Positions 61,123-64,000 of a stretch of 64,000 nucleotides of DNA are shown in pieces. The notes below the pieces were generated by a model. The model had not been told where the DNA came from, did no database searches, and saw nothing but the letters and a program-made list of their open reading frames with translations. The stretch is from an uncultured Planctomycetota bacterium. Lineage in GTDB: Bacteria; Planctomycetota; Planctomycetia; Isosphaerales; Isosphaeraceae. The stretch's first letter is position 1. Each line of letters starts with the position of its first letter. The stretch lies in NCBI GenBank assembly GCA_963737655.1, contig CAVTTN010000002.1, forward strand, positions 4,192,001-4,256,000, written 5' to 3'. The translations under genes were made by a program, and so were the position numbers.

Positions 61123-61779
61123 TCAGCGGGAATCGCCCCGGAGGAACGACAGGACCTCGGCCCGGGTCGCGTGCTTGTCGCGGAACGCCCCGAGAAGGGC
61201 GCTGGTCACGCACGAGCTGCCCGGCTTGCGGACCCCCCGGATCGTCATGCAGCTGTGAGACGCCTCGATCACCACCGCCACCCCCCGGGCATCGAGCTCC
61301 TTCATCAGGAGTTCGGCCAGGTCGACCGTCAGCCGCTCCTGGACCTGGGGCCTCTTGGCCAGGGCCTCGACCACCCGGGGGATCTTCGACAGTCCCACCA
61401 CCTGCCCGTTGGGCAAGTAGGCGACGTGGGCCTTGCCGGTGAACGGGAGCAGATGATGCTCGCAGAAGCTGGCGAACTCGATGTCCCGGATCAGGACCAT
61501 CTCGTCATATGCCTGAGTGAACAGCTTCCGCAGGTGGGCGGCGGGATCTTGATGGAGGCCGGCGAAGACCTCCGCATACATCCGGGCGACTCGCGCCGGG
61601 GTCTCGACCAGTCCCTCGCGGTCGGGGTCCTCGCCCACGGCCAGGAGGATCTCGCGGACGGCCCGGCGGATGCGCTCCTGGTCCACCGGAGCGGCCGGGA
61701 CCGCGTCCTCGTCGCCGTCGATGTCGAGCGTCGGGAACGCCATCGAGGCGCCATTGCCGTTGCCGTAGGAATCGGCCAT
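61123..61779 (-). CDS. folE: GTP cyclohydrolase I
   Basis: [45 protein letters not shown]. Confidence 0.96.
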   Translation of the reverse strand: MADSYGNGNGASMAFPTLDIDGDEDAVPAAPVDQERIRRAVREILLAVGEDPDREGLVETPARVARMYAEVFAGLHQDPAAHLRKLFTQAYDEMVLIRDIEFASFCEHHLLPFTGKAHVAYLPNGQVVGLSKIPRVVEALAKRPQVQERLTVDLAELLMKELDARGVAVVIEASHSCMTIRGVRKPGSSCVTSALLGAFRDKHATRAEVLSFLRGDSR

Positions 61780-61844
61780 GAAGAGGGTCTCGATCCGGCC
61801 CAAGTGGAGAGCAGACTTGCGGTTCCGACCGACGGACCGCGGGG

Positions 61845-61873
61845 ATTGTAGGAAACGACTCGCTCGAAATCAA
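61845..61873 (-). promoter_or_regulatory. sigma70-type promoter of folE
   Basis: TTGATT-17 nt-TACAAT. Confidence 0.6.
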
Positions 61874-61896
61874 GGGCCGGGTCCGGGTCTCCGATC

Positions 61897-61964
61897 CGTC
61901 CGAAAAGGGTGTCAGATCGGATTTTTTCACGGCGAAAAAAATGATCTGACACCCATTTCGGACG
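61897..61964. repeat. Intergenic inverted repeat (GGTGTCAGATC family)
   Basis: CGTCCGAAAAGGGTGTCAGATC ... GATCTGACACCCATTTCGGACG, 21/22 complementary. Confidence 0.8.
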
Positions 61965-61973
61965 CCCGCCCCC

Positions 61974-62661
61974 TCAATTGGCGCTGAACGGCGGAGGGAA
62001 CGGCCGATCGGCCTCGACGACGAGCTGGAGCTGGGCGGCGACCTGCTTGAGCAGGGCGATCAGGCCGTCGGCCCGGCGATCGACGGCGGGGTCGGCCAGG
62101 AGGGCTTGCTTGAGGACCGGGGGGAGGCCGAGGGCCTGGGCGAGCAGGTCGGTGACGACCCCGAGGGGAGGGTCCGAACGGAGGAGGGCGTCGAGGTCCG
62201 GGTCGAGCGTCCTGGTGTGGCGGGCGACCTCGCGATAGAGCCGGACCAACGGCGACCGGCGGGCCTGCGGGGGCTCGTCCGACGCGAGGTCTTCGAGGAT
62301 CTCGACGTCCGCCTGGCGGTAGAGCGTCCCGGCCTCGATCTCCCGGACGATTCGCACCCGCTTCCGCCCGAGCAGGAGGATGTTGAACCGGCCGTCGGGC
62401 AGGCGTTCGTGCTGGAGGACCTTGCCGAGGCAGCCCACGGCCTCGAGCTCGGGGCTCACCCCGGTTCCAGTCGGCCCCGGGGCCGACCTGGACGATGGTG
62501 ATCAGGCGGTCGGAGGCCAGGGCGTCCTCGGTCATCTGGCGATAGCGGGGCTCGAAGATATGCAGGGGGAGGACGGCGTGGGGGAACAACACGACCCCCG
62601 GCAGAGGAAACAGCCGGGCGAGGCCGCTGAAGTCGCGCAGGTCGAGGGTGTCGTCATCCAT
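61974..62661 (-). CDS. LON peptidase substrate-binding domain protein; frameshift near 62455
   Basis: LFPLPGVVLFP..LPLHIFEPRYRQM; VGCLG...LPDGRFNILL.G; FPPPFSAN end. Confidence 0.85.
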
Positions 62662-62862
62662 CGGGCCGTCCCAATCGCCAGGCGCAGGCCGACATGAGGG
62701 GCCGGGGCCGAGGTCGGTCGAATCGTTCCATGCGGGGTCCACGGGAAAATCTGCCGATCCAGGACAGGGCCGGGCGATGACGACGAGGGCGGTTCACCGG
62801 CACCCGGGCGTATTGTAGAAGCTCTCCCGCTACCGGCAAGGCGGAGGATCGCGGAGGTCCCG

Positions 62863-63519
62863 ATGGACGATCCCTCACTCAAAAAGAAGGCCGCGAAGGT
62901 CGTCAAGGCGCTGGCCCGGCACTATCCCGACGCCCGATGCGCCCTGGACCACTCCGACGCCTTCGGCCTGCTCGTCGCCACGATCCTCTCGGCGCAATGT
63001 ACCAACGCGCGGGTCAACCTCGTGACCCCGGCCCTCTTCGCCCGGTTCCCGGGCGCCCCGTCCCTGGCGAGGGCCGACCTGGCCGAGGTCGAACGGCTGA
63101 TCCACTCCGCCGGGTTCTTCCGGGCCAAGGCGAAAAACCTCGTGGCGATGGCCCAGGCCCTCGTGACGAAGCACGGAGGGGACGTCCCGCAGGACCTCGA
63201 CGCCCTGACCGAGCTGCCCGGAGTCGGCCGGAAGACGGCCCACGTCGTCCTCGGGTCGTTCTTCGGCATCCCCTCGGGCGTGGTGGTGGACACCCACGTC
63301 AAGAGGCTGGCCTACCGGATCGGCCTGACCGAGAGGACCGACCCGGAAGGCGTCGAGCGCGACCTGGCGGCGATCATCCCCAGAAAAGGGTGGATCGATC
63401 TCAGCCATCGCCTGATCTTCCACGGCCGGCTGGTCTGCCTCGCGAGGAAGCCGAGGTGCTCGGCCTGTTTCCTCGGGCCACTCTGCGATCGGGCCGGGGT
63501 CGGTTCGAATCGCGAGTGA
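62863..63519 (+). CDS. nth: Endonuclease III
   Basis: LVATILSAQCT, LPGVGRKTA, VDTHV, CxxxxxxCxxCxxxxxC. Confidence 0.95.
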   Translation: MDDPSLKKKAAKVVKALARHYPDARCALDHSDAFGLLVATILSAQCTNARVNLVTPALFARFPGAPSLARADLAEVERLIHSAGFFRAKAKNLVAMAQALVTKHGGDVPQDLDALTELPGVGRKTAHVVLGSFFGIPSGVVVDTHVKRLAYRIGLTERTDPEGVERDLAAIIPRKGWIDLSHRLIFHGRLVCLARKPRCSACFLGPLCDRAGVGSNRE

Positions 63520-63658
63520 TCGACGTTACAATCGGTTGAGGAACGCTCGCGGGCGACGCTCCCTACATCAAGGGCCGGAGTCGGAGGTTCTCGGACCGAG
63601 AGGGACCGCCCTCGGCTCGTCCCACGATCCCTCTCGACGAACGAGGAGGCCGCCCCCG

Positions 63659-64000
63659 ATGATTCTCAGCGATTCGGCGACGGAGGGGGGCCCGCGGCGG
63701 GCCCGGCTCCTCGGCCGCCTGGCCCTGGTGGCGATCCTGGTCCTCGCCGCGGGGTTGCGGCTCTGGAGGCTCGACCGCAACGGCTGGGGTAATCCGTACT
63801 ATTCGGCGGCAGCCCGGTCCATGCTCTCCGGGCCGTCCCAGTTCTTCTTCGGCTCGTTCGACCCCGTGGGCCTCGTCACGGTGGACAAGCCCCCCGTCGC
63901 CCTCTGGCTCCAGGCCGCCAGCGCCGGGATCTTCGGGTTCCGGGGGTTCAGCCTGTTCCTCCCTCAAGCCTTGCTCGGCGTGGGGTCGGTCTGGCTCACG
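63659..64000 (+). CDS. GT39/ArnT-like membrane glycosyltransferase, truncated by the window end
   Basis: Manual translation: LRLWRL..NGWGNPYYSAAARSM...FFFGSFDP..VTVDKPPVALW. Confidence 0.8.
   Translation, partial: MILSDSATEGGPRRARLLGRLALVAILVLAAGLRLWRLDRNGWGNPYYSAAARSMLSGPSQFFFGSFDPVGLVTVDKPPVALWLQAASAGIFGFRGFSLFLPQALLGVGSVWLT

Overview
A very GC-rich chromosomal window, most likely from a planctomycete of the Isosphaeraceae type. This is inferred from gene content: many ECF sigma factors and Ser/Thr kinases, a CRTAC1/ASPIC protein, several Uma2 paralogues and a long LptD. It starts with a 5S rRNA gene and its terminator. Most of it is housekeeping: rlmN, hemC, P-II, ftsY, nusB, def-fmt, lptD, folE, nth, treZ, a carotenoid desaturase with a glycosyltransferase, and a AAA ATPase/VWA pair. 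About a dozen single-base frameshifts, including in hemC and lptD, look like assembly errors. The best candidates for under-described biology are four. (1) A co-oriented cluster at 9.5-15.3 kb encoding a membrane-anchored PspA/Vipp1(ESCRT-III)-like coiled-coil protein, an FHA protein, a membrane Ser/Thr kinase and two small membrane proteins, with a second kinase and an ECF/Cys-His partner pair nearby. (2) A DUF6599-DUF362-NapH/NapG-fusion redox operon with three unrelated Uma2 nuclease genes tightly interleaved. (3) Several families of intergenic palindromes/REP-like elements, some nested and one supplying gene stop codons. (4) A radical-SAM-like protein lacking its cysteine motif. No CRISPR array, tRNA, integrase or transposase was seen.
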